Positions 11,595-22,028 of a stretch of 64,000 nucleotides of DNA are shown piece by piece. The translations under genes were made by a program, and so were the position numbers. How positions within the stretch are numbered: position 1 is the first letter of the stretch; each line of letters opens with the position of its first letter. The DNA comes from Squalus acanthias. Lineage: Eukaryota. The stretch is from NCBI GenBank assembly GCA_030390025.1, contig CM059453.1, forward strand, positions 7,440,001 to 7,504,000, read 5' to 3'. The notes beneath the pieces were generated by a model that worked only from the letters and a program-made list of their open reading frames with translations, was not told where the DNA came from and made no database searches.

Positions 11595-11972
11595 CCTCAG
11601 CTCCAATCACATTTATATTTTATTTTATCCACCCTTTTTTTTGTCCCCCCCACCTTTTTTTTCCTCCTAGAAGCTGGCAGCTGTCCTTCATTCTGCCAGT
11701 AGATTTCACACTTCATTCAGCCTTAATCTGTCACATTAACACCACCTCTAGCCTTGCATATCTCTTAATGTCTCTTAATGTCTCTTCATCTCCTCCTTTG
11801 TTCCTTTATCCCCTCCCCCTTTTCCCAGCTTTACCCTGGCCTTAAATCTATTTGATTTCCAGCTCTTCCCAGTTCTGATGAAAGGTCATCGACCTGAAAC
11901 GTCAACTCTCTTTCTCTCTCCACGGATGCTGCCTGGCCTGCTGAGTTTTTCCAGCGTTTTCTGTTGTTATTT
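9742..11972 (+). mobile_element. Young 5'-truncated Penelope-like retrotransposon (Neptune-type), present only in unit 1
   Basis: Flanked by CAGATTT at 9735-9741 and 11973-11979. The empty site has a single CAGATTT at 48467-48473. Confidence 0.96.
11871..11907 (+). ncRNA. Minimal type I hammerhead ribozyme in the PLE 3' terminal region
   Basis: agtt CTGATGA a aggtc atc gacct GAAA c GTC aact: stem I agtt/aact, stem II aggtc/gacct, palindromic ACGT stem III. Predicted cleavage after 11903. Confidence 0.85.
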
Positions 11973-12469
11973 CAGATTTGGGTGGAAAATGTACTCTGCT
12001 TGATGCGATGCACTTGCTTCCTTTGTCCATTAGATGGCGTTCGCTGTGATCTGGTCGGTTTGCGCACATCCTGTCGATGGAATGAACAGCGCCAAAGGCC
12101 ATTTGAACCACTTTGCAGAGAAAGCAGAGGAAGCTTCATTTAGCTGAGTGGAATCTTAACCAGAAAACGTAGTGAAGCTTGTAAAGTTCCTGTTGGAATA
12201 CCTGTTCCTATTAGCAATACATCCTGTGTGTATTAGGTTGAATTATATTAAAGAGTGGCGATTTAACAAGTTGACTCTTTGCTTCACTTCATGCTTATTA
12301 TCTGGTTGCCGTTTGTACACAGTTACGGGGCCTCGTTTAACATCTAATCGAAAGAACAGGACTTCCCGCAATGTTGCACCCTTCACAGTCATTTTATGGC
12401 AAACAGCGTGCTTTTTTAATTTAACTGGGACTTTGGAATGTGTTACACTCTGCCGGCAAATAAGTTATT

Positions 12470-13025
12470 GTAAAATAAATACAAAACCATATTATTGCGG
12501 ATGCTGGAAATCTGAAATGAAAACAGAAACTGCTAAAATACAAAGCAGCTCAGCCAGCATCCGTGGAGAGAGCAACAGAGTTAACGTTTAAGGTCGGTGA
12601 ATTTTCATGAGAACTAGAAGAGGTTAGAGATGTAATAGTTTGTAAGCAAGTGCAGATGCAGGGAAAGGGGGAGGGGAGGAAAGAACAAGAGGGAAGTTCT
12701 GTGATAGGGTGACGGCAGTCGAGATTAAATGACAAAAAGCATGATGGTGCGAGGTGAAAGTTTATGGCATGGGACAACTAAATAAACAAAAGGTGGATTT
12801 AGAGGAGATGTAAATGGGCATAGCAGAATCATCAGCAACAGCTTCCGTCCGCAAAAATGCGGGCAGAGATTATGAACTGAAATTGTGGAACTCAATGTTG
12901 AGTCCGGAAGGCTGTAAAGTGCCTAATCGAAAGATGAGGTGTTGTTCCTTGAGGTTCCATTGAGCTTTATTGGAACAATGTAGGAAGTGGAGGACAGAGA
13001 GGTCAGAGTGGGAATGGGGAGCTTA
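12470..13025 (-). mobile_element. Older 3'-end fragment of a Penelope element related to 9742-11972
   Basis: Encodes a remnant like HSHSDLSVL..EQHLIFRLGTLQPSGLNIEFHNF. Decayed hammerhead at 12579-12615. Confidence 0.88.
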
Positions 13026-13529
13026 ATTAAAGTTTGTTTCTTGCTGTCCCATCCGGTTGTGACTGCAGTGACAGTAATCCAGAGAACCAAATTTCAAATC
13101 CAAACATGGCAGTTTCAGAATGTGAATGCAGGTTTTACAAATCAGCACGTAAAAAAGCTGGAATCCCTGAGAGTGACCTTGCAGCTGTTGAATGCCACTC
13201 AGTCGAATCAAACTCAGTGCAGCCTTGGATGCGAATGAAATACATTTTTTGCCATCGTATGTCTAGGTAGCGTGTCGAAAAATATTCTAAGCATGAAGCT
13301 CAAGTTGAATTACTCGCAGACCCACCTCTTTATAATTCCATTCTTTCAGAAGGAAAGCGATGTAATCAGAATAAATATTTATGAAAGTTTAGCTGCTGTA
13401 GTGAAGGAACCTGTGGTAGTTGACAGTAAGGTGAAGGTTTATTACACTGGGCTGGGAGACGGCGCAAATCTAACCCCACAAACGAAAGAGAGAGTCAACG
13501 CTATCCGGCAGGGCTTTTTAACCACATAA

Positions 13530-14145
13530 TGGGGAGGGGTCCCCCTCCAGAGACTTGAGCACACAAATCTAGGCTGACACTCCAGTGCAGTACTGAGGGA
13601 GCGCTGCACTGTCGGACGGGCAGTACTGAAGGAGGGCCGCACTGTTGGAGGGGCAGTGCTGGGGAATCGCCGCACTATTGGAGGGACACTAATAGGGGAG
13701 CGCTGCACAGTGGGAGGGGCAGTACTGAGGGAGCGCTGCACTGTCGGCGTGGCAGTCCTGAGGGAGCGTGGCATTGTCGGAGCACTGTACTGAGGAAGCG
13801 CTACACTATAGAGGGTCAGGAACTGAGGGCGTGCTGCATGGTCGGAGGGGCAGTACTGAGGGAGCGCTGCACTGTCGGAGTTGCCGCCTTTCAGATGAGA
13901 CGTTAAAGCAAGGCCCCATCTGCCCTCACAGGTGGACTAAAAGATCCAATTGCCACTATTTCGAAGAAGAGCAGGGGAAAAATCTGGTCACTATCAAATT
14001 GCTGTTTTTGGGAGCTTGCTGTGCGCAAATTCGCTGCCACGTTTCTTAAATTACAACAGTGTCCTCACTTCGAAAGTACTTCATTGGCTGTAAATCATTT
14101 GGGATTTCCTAAATGGCGCTATAGAAATGCAATTCTTTCTGTTCT
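13530..14145 (+). mobile_element. Deu-domain SINE (SacSINE1/AmnSINE1-like) with internal 33-bp tandem expansion
   Basis: ctaggctgacactccagtgcagtactgagggag, gccgcctttcagatgagacgttaaa, and tail aaagtacttcattggctgtaaa...ggcgctatagaaatgca. Family name is from recall. Confidence 0.75.
13588..13880 (+). repeat. 33-bp tandem repeat (cagtactgagggagcgctgcactgtcggagggg), about 9 units
   Basis: Unit starts at 13588, 13621, 13654 and onward. Confidence 0.88.
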
Positions 14146-14950
14146 TTTTGTTCCGAAATGAAATAAATGTTCGAACTGGGAAATAGTTATTTTATTATTA
14201 AAGCAGATGAAAAAGTTTAAAATTACATTGACCATTCACGCCCCCTTCCTGCACAGTTTCGGAAGTATGTTTGGAGTGAACAATCTAGGGATTGTAAATC
14301 AAATCGTCTCACAAAGAGATTTAAAAATATTAGCTAGTACTCTCTGAGAGATCTCCATTATCACAGCACTACCTGGAGTGCGAGTTTCTGTTCTAACTCA
14401 TAAAAAACAATTGTGTGAAGATGTTGACCAGTTCCATCTGTCAGAATTGTGTGAATGCCGCTGATTTTCATTTGCTTTTAATTGCGGCTTATTCACTGGA
14501 CTCCTCGTGCTGGAGATATCGCTCCTGCTTTCGAGCGTTTCAAACACTGACAGCTGCATACAGAACCTCTTCACTTTGAGCTGACTGGTTTGATGGAGCC
14601 CCTCTCACACCAGTGTTTCTATACTTGTCTTGTCTCTTTAACAGAAAGTAGTGCGTTAGATGTGGAGGTACTGAACCGGGAGAGACTGCGCTTACTATTC
14701 CAGAATAACCCGCTTTTTTCCATCACTGCCACCATTCTAATTGCCCCATTCAGCTCCTTCTGCCTCGAAAAGGAAACCTTGGGCTTCCGCTGGCCCGAGT
14801 ACTGGCGCGCCAAGAGTATTGCCCCCTCCTCAACACTTAGACGACTGATTTAGATAGCGCCGCGAACGTTCAGAGGAGCGGTACCAAACAACATTTGAGA
14901 CCGACCATTAATGTCCCTTTGAACATTTAATAGGTTCACATAACACTTAC

Positions 14951-15208
14951 ATTGTACATAAATCTGTGAGAAGCTGTTTGCGGTGCCCAGGTTATTTTCA
15001 GCCACGCACCAATACTCCCCGTCATCTCCAGAACTAATGCTGTGAAATATCTGCTTCAGTTCACCGGTGGAAGACCTGCTGATCTCTGTTCCATCTCGGA
15101 GCAACGTTAATCTGACCGGGGGGTACCCCATGGCCGTTCAGTATAATAATAATGAACTTCCTTCCACTGTTACTTTAGAGGAATTGACGCTTGGTTTCGA
15201 CAGTGCAT
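14951..15208 (-). pseudogene. Gene A third Ig exon with TGA at the B-strand Cys
   Basis: VEGSSLLLY*TAMGYPP..DDGEYWCVAENNLG. 258 nt. Confidence 0.85.
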
Positions 15209-16013
15209 CTGAAACACGCAAGATCATTGGTGTTATCGGAAAATGTCGGAACAGGTTTTCAAAAAACAATCCGGTTGACAACCAACGAAGAATATTGAAG
15301 CAGATTTGGTGGTTATATTGTCAACTGTAAATTGAAAAGCCAGCTTGAGATTGTTCATGTTCCCCCGACAAGCTTATTTAGATCTGAACCATGCTTTAAC
15401 TCAAACATTCCTCCTCTTCCCTTCAAAGATTTGTATTGACTGCCTGGACGTGGTTCTGCCCCACCGATAAGTCAATCAAGCGGCCATTCCTCCGAAAGCA
15501 AGACCAGTGGACTGTCACATCCCTTCAACAGACCTGTTGAGGCCAATTGTAGTAACCGGACCACCACCCCAGCCAACTCGACAAAAACCCTCTGTGTCAA
15601 CTACTCTCTGGCTGCAACTATATCAGGAATTAGGAACCTTTGGATAATATTTGACGTAAACGAAAACCACGGAGCCAATATGTACCCCATGGGTCTGTGT
15701 CAATGTTAAATAATACAACTTACAATAAATCTCATACAGTCAATTTGATTAATTGATTGTAGAAATATAGGCCATTCAGCACTTCCAGGCTGTTGCACTA
15801 ATCAATTACTCATGGTTAATCCATATCGTAACTCCTTCTACCCGCGTTTCCTTTATTGTAACCCTTAATACGGTTACCTAAAAAAAAATCTATACATCGC
15901 AGTTTTGAAATTTTCAATTTTCCAGGCCAGCTATCACTCCATTGAGAATAAAGACAAGTTTGGATCCTATTTACCAACAGGATGGTAGAATGAAGGGTAC
16001 AGCAGTTACTTAC

Positions 16014-16310
16014 AGTCCAGTGTAAGTGTTTCTTGAACGGTACCATCAACTACAAGCTTACATCCCAGACTTTTCCCTTTATGGTCCAGTGATGGTGTGA
16101 AGGTGAAAGTTGATGAAACCGTCCAGGAACCCTCGAAACTTTCGCCATTATGTCTTGAAGGTTTTGTCTCTTGCAGTGAAGGAAGTTTATCCTCGTCCTG
16201 AATCCACATCAGTTCAGGTTTGGCAGACTGGCAAATGGTGGTGACTGAGCAGGTCAAATGTGCTGGTTGTCCAGCAATCAGTTCCCCAGAGACTGGCATC
16301 CATGACTTAT
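16014..16310 (-). CDS. Gene A second Ig (C2-type) exon, open
   Basis: ELIAGQPAHLTCSVTTICQSAKPELMW..SSTFTFTPSLDHKGKSLGC. 297 nt with canonical splice sites. Confidence 0.85.
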
Positions 16311-16969
16311 CTGTAAGGAGAGAATGAAATTCGAGTTACAGTGGCTTTCAGAATAATAAAAATATGGAGTGAAGTTCAAGGCGATTCAGCCCAACGCCTG
16401 AGATAATACCTTGAATATTTTTTTTTTTGCATTTCATCTCTTGTGACGGACACGGACTCGATGGACCGAATGACCTCCTTCTGTGCCATTATGACTATAT
16501 GGTGCAGGGGAAGGAGCCTATTGTCAGTTATCACTTAATAGTTACGGAATCAATCGGTTGATATATGTCTTCCTGAACCTAATTATCACCAACTATATAA
16601 CATGAATTATTCATTGTTGGCCAATTTCTTATAGATCCTTCACCACTCTATTGCACACACGTATTTCAACTCAAAATTAGGTCTGACAAACATAGAAAAC
16701 TGGGTCCAAGATTATGTTCCATATCTGCAGTTGGGATAGAATCTTGGATATTCTTAGACTAATGGCTCAGTGTGACGTGAAACGCTTAATTTACCCTATG
16801 AGGAACAGGGGTGAATTTAACTCTTGCTGATAATTAATTTGACCTAATTTAAGGTCGTGATAGGAGCGCTGCAGATTGTCTTCAGGGAGAGGAAAAGGTT
16901 AACTATCTTCGTTTATTCCCATTAACAACAGCGGGAAAGTGCAAATATATCAGAGAAAGCAAGACCCGT

Positions 16970-17220
16970 TTCGGGGTTTAAGCCCCACTTCAGAGACTAA
17001 AGCTTAAGCTGTAGCCTGACACTCCATTGCAGTACTGAAGCATTGCTACAATGCTAGAGATGCCATCTTATGGATGAAACGTTAAACCGATGTCCCGGCT
17101 TCCCTCACAGGTGGATGATAAAGGTCCTAATGTATTATTTCAAATGTCCCGTGTCCTGGTTAATATTTTGCATCAACCAGCTCCTAAAACAGATCATCTG
17201 GTCACTATTGCATTGCTGAG
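16970..17220 (+). mobile_element. Degenerate Deu-domain SINE
   Basis: Similar to 13530-14145 (ctgacactccattgcagtactgaag, ggatgaaacgttaaaccga). Confidence 0.6.
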
Positions 17221-17437
17221 ATATCCCTCCTATACTTAAATCTTATCCACTTATTCTCCTCAGAAGTACAAACCTTGACATTTTTGTCCCGAATCCACGA
17301 AGGATTGAATATTGATCCGCCAGTCTGTACATCTGAATACAACATTTAGTGTTTATCTTTCTAACTGAACATTACAGCGAGCTTCTGTAATTGTGTAAGA
17401 ATGGCAGTGCTGAATATCTGTTCAGGTCAAAACATAA

Positions 17438-19020
17438 CAAGTCAACTGGTCCAAATGGGATGCATCCTAGGTTGCTCAAAAGCTAGGATGGATATAGCAG
17501 AAGCTCTGACCACAATCTTTCAATCCTCCTTGGATATTGGAGTGATACCACAAGATTAGAGCATTTTGAAATGTTACACCGCTGTTCAAAAAAGTGGAGA
17601 CGGATGAACCTGGGAACTAAAGCTTAATCAGTCTAACGTCAGTGTTGGGAAAGCTAAATAAGTCCACTCTGAAGGACGAGATTAATTCTCACTTTCAGAA
17701 GCATGGATTTATTAGGGACAGCCAGCAGGGCTTTGTTAAAGGCAAATCGTGACTGACTATCCTGATTGAGTTATTTGGTGAAGTAATAGAGAGGGTTGAT
17801 GAAGGTAGTGCAGTAGCTGTTGTATATGTGGACGTTCAAAAGGCATTAGATGAAGTAACTCATAACAGACTATTCGGAAAATAGAAGAACAGTGTATTTA
17901 AGGGATGGTGGCAACGTGATTACGAAATCGGTTAAGGGATATAGGCAGAGAGTCGTAGTGAACGGTTGCTTTTCTAACAGGAGCGAGGTATGCTGTGGGA
18001 TCGGCCAGAGGGTCGATATTAGGACCATTGCTATTCTTGTTCTATATAAATGATCTGCACTTGGGATATGGGAGTTACGTTTCAAAGTTTTCAGGTGATA
18101 CAAAACTGGGCAACGTATTAAATAGTGAGCATGATCGTAGCAGAGTTTAGGAGGACATCTACAGAATGTTAAAATGGGCAGGCACATGGCAGATGCAATT
18201 TACTGCGGATAAGTGTGAAGCACAAATGCACTTTGGGAGAAATATATGGAGAGGCAACATACTCTAACTAGTACTATTTTGAGGTAGGCTGCAAGAACAG
18301 AGGGACATGGGGTACATATTGGCAAATCTTTGAAGATGGCAGGGTAAATTGATAAGGCGTTTAAAAAGAAAGCACATAGGATACTTCGGTTCTTTTTACA
18401 GAGGGGCGTTGAAAACAAAAATAAGGAAGTCTAGCTCAAGTTTCACAAATCTCTGGTTTGGCCTCAGCTGGAGTTTTGTGTCCAATTCTCGGCTCTACAC
18501 TTGAGGAAGGAGATCAAGCCTTGGAGGAGGTAAAGAAGAAGTTTGCCAGGATAATACCAGGGACGAGGATGTTCAGATACGTGTAGAGATTGGAGAAGCT
18601 GGGCTTGTTCTCCTTAAAGCAGATAAGGATAACGGGAGACCTAACAGTGCTATTCAAAATTGAAGGGTTTTGATAGAATAATTAAGGAGAAACCATTTCC
18701 TCTGGCATTTGGGTTGGTAATCAAAGTTCTCACATTTAAACCAATTGGCATAATAACTCGTGGGGAAATGGGGAGAAATTTCTTCACCCAGAGGGTTGCT
18801 AAGATTTAGAATGCACCACCTGAAAGACTTGTGGAATCCGATTCAATGGAAAAAATTTAAAAGCAATTGGAGCTGTCCTAAAAAGAAGGTTGATTTACAG
18901 GGTTCTGTGGAAAAAGATGGGAGTGGAACTAAATTCTATAGCTCTTTCAAAGAGCCGGCACAGGCGTGGTGGGCCGAATCGTCTCCTTCTGTGCTGTAAG
19001 ATTCTATGATTCTATTCTAT
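17438..19020 (+). mobile_element. CR1 LINE 3' fragment (decayed RT) in gene A intron
   Basis: Remnants QQGFVKGKS and GIPRGSILGPLLF..SKFAGDTKLG (clearer in unit 2). 3' tail attctatgattctattctat. Confidence 0.88.
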
Positions 19021-19174
19021 AACACACTCATGGGTATCATGCAGTGCACCAGCCCTGCAGCTGTAGCCTGTGACTTGGGCCAAGAGTAACAAGACATCTT
19101 TACATTTAAGCTCAAGTTAAATGGCACTGAGGAGATCGAAGATAAACTACAAAGGAACAATTCAAAAAACTTAC

Positions 19175-19556
19175 GTAAAACAGAAAGCGTGACCTTAGAC
19201 CTGGAAGAATATCGTTCTATATTATTCTGGGCGGTGATGATCTTCAATATGAAATAATAGGCACCTTGATCGCGCTTGCTGATGTCCTTTAACCGTAAGG
19301 AACATTGTTTCTTTATAACTTCGCCGGTGAACTCAGCTCGACCGCTATATTTCAAGGGCACTTTGTCTAAATCCATGGAATCATAAATAATCGAGACCCC
19401 TGAGGTTCCAGGATCAGGACCCCCCTTTAACCACATACTCTGTGGACTGCGTCCAAAGGCGGGATAATCAAATGTACACGGGATCTCTGCACATGACCCG
19501 TTCACCGCCGACACCTTTTATCGGCATCTTCACAGACCATCGTGAACTGTGGACAA
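19175..19556 (-). pseudogene. Gene A Siglec-type V-set exon with +1 frameshift near 19515-19521
   Basis: Acceptor ttttttcaccag, donor C|GTAAGT. CCG ATAAAAG GTG has 7 nt where gene B has 6. Confidence 0.85.
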
Positions 19557-19926
19557 CTGGTGAAAAAATAGAAATTATACACGCATTGAAATCTGCAATA
19601 ATATAGCAATTTAATCGTACCCTGACCGTCAAGTTAAATACTATTAATTTAACCTTTAAAGACCCACTAACATATTCATTAGTACATCTAATGAAATTCG
19701 TGCAATTTTCTACAAAACTCTTTAAATTGTATTAAATATTCCATTGCAAGCCAATAAATCATAGCGTAATTATCAAATCAATCCTATATAATACACAACA
19801 AAAGTTCCGAATAAAATGTACAGTAAATACGCACTGTGTGAATGCACAAATCATTGGCTAATCGTATGCTATGTCTAAAACATTGTTATTTTTTCTGACA
19901 TAAATTATTAAAAATGAATATTTTAC

Positions 19927-19969
19927 CTTGGCTAAATATCAGAATGGAAATAAATCGAATGCTCTTCAT
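19927..19969 (-). CDS. Gene A leader exon
   Basis: ATG at 19969, hydrophobic peptide, donor CAAG|GTAAAA. 43 nt, the same length as the gene B leader. Confidence 0.8.
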
Positions 19970-20808
19970 GACTGGAGCTGGTTGACGATATCAAAATGAC
20001 ATAAATTGTTGTTATCTCAGATATAAGTGATGTAGTTTCTGTGTTCGGTTCGACAGTAATATATTGGAGTTCGTAATGAATTGAATCAGAGTATTAGGAG
20101 TTCAGCTGTTCGCCACCCACCAATCATTGGGAACCGTGGTAGCTCACATAGCTTTCGCCACTCATCAAATGTTGTTGATCTAAACTGCTGGAAATCTGGG
20201 ACTCCTCAAATATAACAGTTTACATTAGTGTGTGGCCCGCTGTTGCAGGATATATGAGGCTCACTTACTGCTAAAGAACCGTGAGCAGAGATGCACCCAG
20301 CGCTCTCATCATCTGCACATTTACAGTACAGTCAGTGGCACTTTAGTTTCCAATATCTAAAATAGCCTCTACATCAACTTTAGACGCCTCGACTCTAAAC
20401 TCCCACACACTGAGCTATTTATCAGCGCTTTAACTGCGAGTGTTTCAAGTCTGAAGCTGTGGTTATTTCTGTAGCCGTTGTCGACAGACGTGTGGCTTGA
20501 TCACGTTCAGTAGTTCGGGGGCACATCACGTATCTGAAATGTCAAAAGTTCAAGTGTTTCTCAGTTTACAGTTTCAAGAGCGAAAAGTGCCATTTTTAGA
20601 AGTGACTTCAGCTGTTTATATTAACAGTCCAGCGAGCTGAAAACTGCTGCAATTAACTCATTTAGAGCTGAATTGCGCCGATGACAGGTTTATGAAGTTT
20701 CTGACTTTAGTTTTAGAACTGTGAGGTGTGACTTGAGCTTTTAGATTCGAGTCTCAGCGCTGCTGGAAAGAATGAGGATATTTTTATCTACGGGAACAAA
20801 TCTCTGCG

Positions 20809-20990
20809 ATGTGTTTTCACACCCAGGTCTCAGCTTGGCTTCACTGACTAGTTTAGGGATGGGTGTTCACACCCAGGTCTCAGCTTGGCTTTACTGACCA
20901 TTTCAGGGATGTGTGTTCAGACCCAGGTCTCAACTTGGCTTTACTGACTAGTTCAGGAATGTGTGTTCAGACCCAGGTTTCAGTTTGCTT
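20809..20990 (+). repeat. 50-bp tandem repeat, about 3.5 units
   Basis: acccaggt at 20821, 20871, 20921 and 20971. Confidence 0.88.
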
Positions 20991-21639
20991 TAACAATAAA
21001 ATAAGCCATAATGTCTGGTCAATCCCAGAGTGGCGGTTGGTGCAATGCACCCTGCTCAATGAAGCTCCACACAAGGCCCAGTTTGCTCAGCTTCCTCCTA
21101 CATTTCACGTCTTCACTGTTTACAGGCCACGAAGGACATGCTTGTTTTTACAAAGTTCATCTCTTATTACCGTTACTTTCTCAATTTGCACCTAATCTCT
21201 GTCCATATCTTTACTGTCTCCCTGTCGCTGTCTTCCTCTCCCATTCTCGAGGGTGCCTAGATATACCTAGTTTAGTAAAGGTGGCAGGGATTTTCCTCTG
21301 GTGGCTTAATTGAAAACTACACCCAGAATACGCTGGAAATTGTGCCAATTTCGACTAGCTAAAGTTACGTTCAAGTTTCCACTCACACTCATTAGCATAA
21401 GCCCCGAATGTAAACTCTCACATGAACCTGGGCAATTGAGCGTAATCGATGCGTGACTGAAATAGGGGGCATTTCTACAGCATCACAAAGCGGGGTGGGT
21501 TTCTGTTGAAATGAGCCAATCTTACGCTTCTCTGATTGGCCAGTGAGGATGACGTGTCACCAATCTAATAAAAATTAACGCAATTGCCCCATTTTTACGC
21601 AGAATCAAAAAGATCCAAATTGTCATTAACTATAAGGAG

Positions 21640-21935
21640 AAACTTTGTGGAATTATATCATTTTTGGCCGTATCGACAATGCTCTCTCGTCCCTCCGGTG
21701 TCCACCGCTCGCGGAAGGACTCAGGCAGACCGGGAATCACCGCATGCTCCCACTCCAGGGACACAGGAACGTGTTGCGATGCAGGCAGTCAGACCAAATG
21801 TTCCCCTGGACCGGGTACTGCCTGGACCTGTGAATGGCCACCTTGGCCAAGCCCAGGAGTTGACCCACGAGGAGGTCCGGCGACTTCCCCTCCGCACCAG
21901 GTGGCCAATGAGAATTACTGTGTCTCCCTATATTG
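21640..21935 (-). mobile_element. Tx1/L1-clade LINE ORF2 C-terminal fragment
   Basis: Minus-strand peptides DLLVGQLLGLAKVAIHRSRQ and SLEWEHAV..EAFRERW (unit 2) resemble Tx1 ORF2 ends. Recognised from recall. Confidence 0.7.
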
Positions 21936-22028
21936 ACCACACTGATCTGTTTGGCCGAAACTAACGGTTCAATCAATTTTATCTGTGTCTGTTACAGCAA
22001 TATTTGTATTTACGACAGGAACCTTTAT

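Larger units (their letters stand above)
14951..19969 (-). pseudogene. Siglec/MAG/CD22-like gene A, unit 1 (exons 19969-19927, 19556-19175, 16310-16014, 15208-14951)
   Basis: GT-AG phase-1 exons. Leader MKSIRFISILIFSQ; V-set GSCAEIPCTFDYP..W..GRAEF..CSL..DQGAYYF. The V exon is 382 nt (+1 frameshift) and Ig3 has TGA at 15140-15138. Confidence 0.85.

Noticed and set aside
12579-12615. Third hammerhead
   Set aside because: The core is mutated (CTCATGA, TAAAC) and stem II is broken. It is recorded only as part of the PLE remnant.
13588-13880. CRISPR-like appearance of the 33-, 24- and 50-bp repeats
   Set aside because: Units are contiguous with no unique spacers, there are no cas genes, and the context is vertebrate.
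15138-15140. TGA at a Cys position as selenocysteine
   Set aside because: No SECIS identified and the gene already has an upstream frameshift. A TGC>TGA nonsense change is simpler.
21490-21565. GC box, three CCAAT boxes and TGACGT as a bidirectional promoter
   Set aside because: It lies within a probable MITE-like remnant (about 21283-21590) next to a Tx1 fragment and 1.5-2.4 kb from either ATG, so it cannot be supported from sequence alone.
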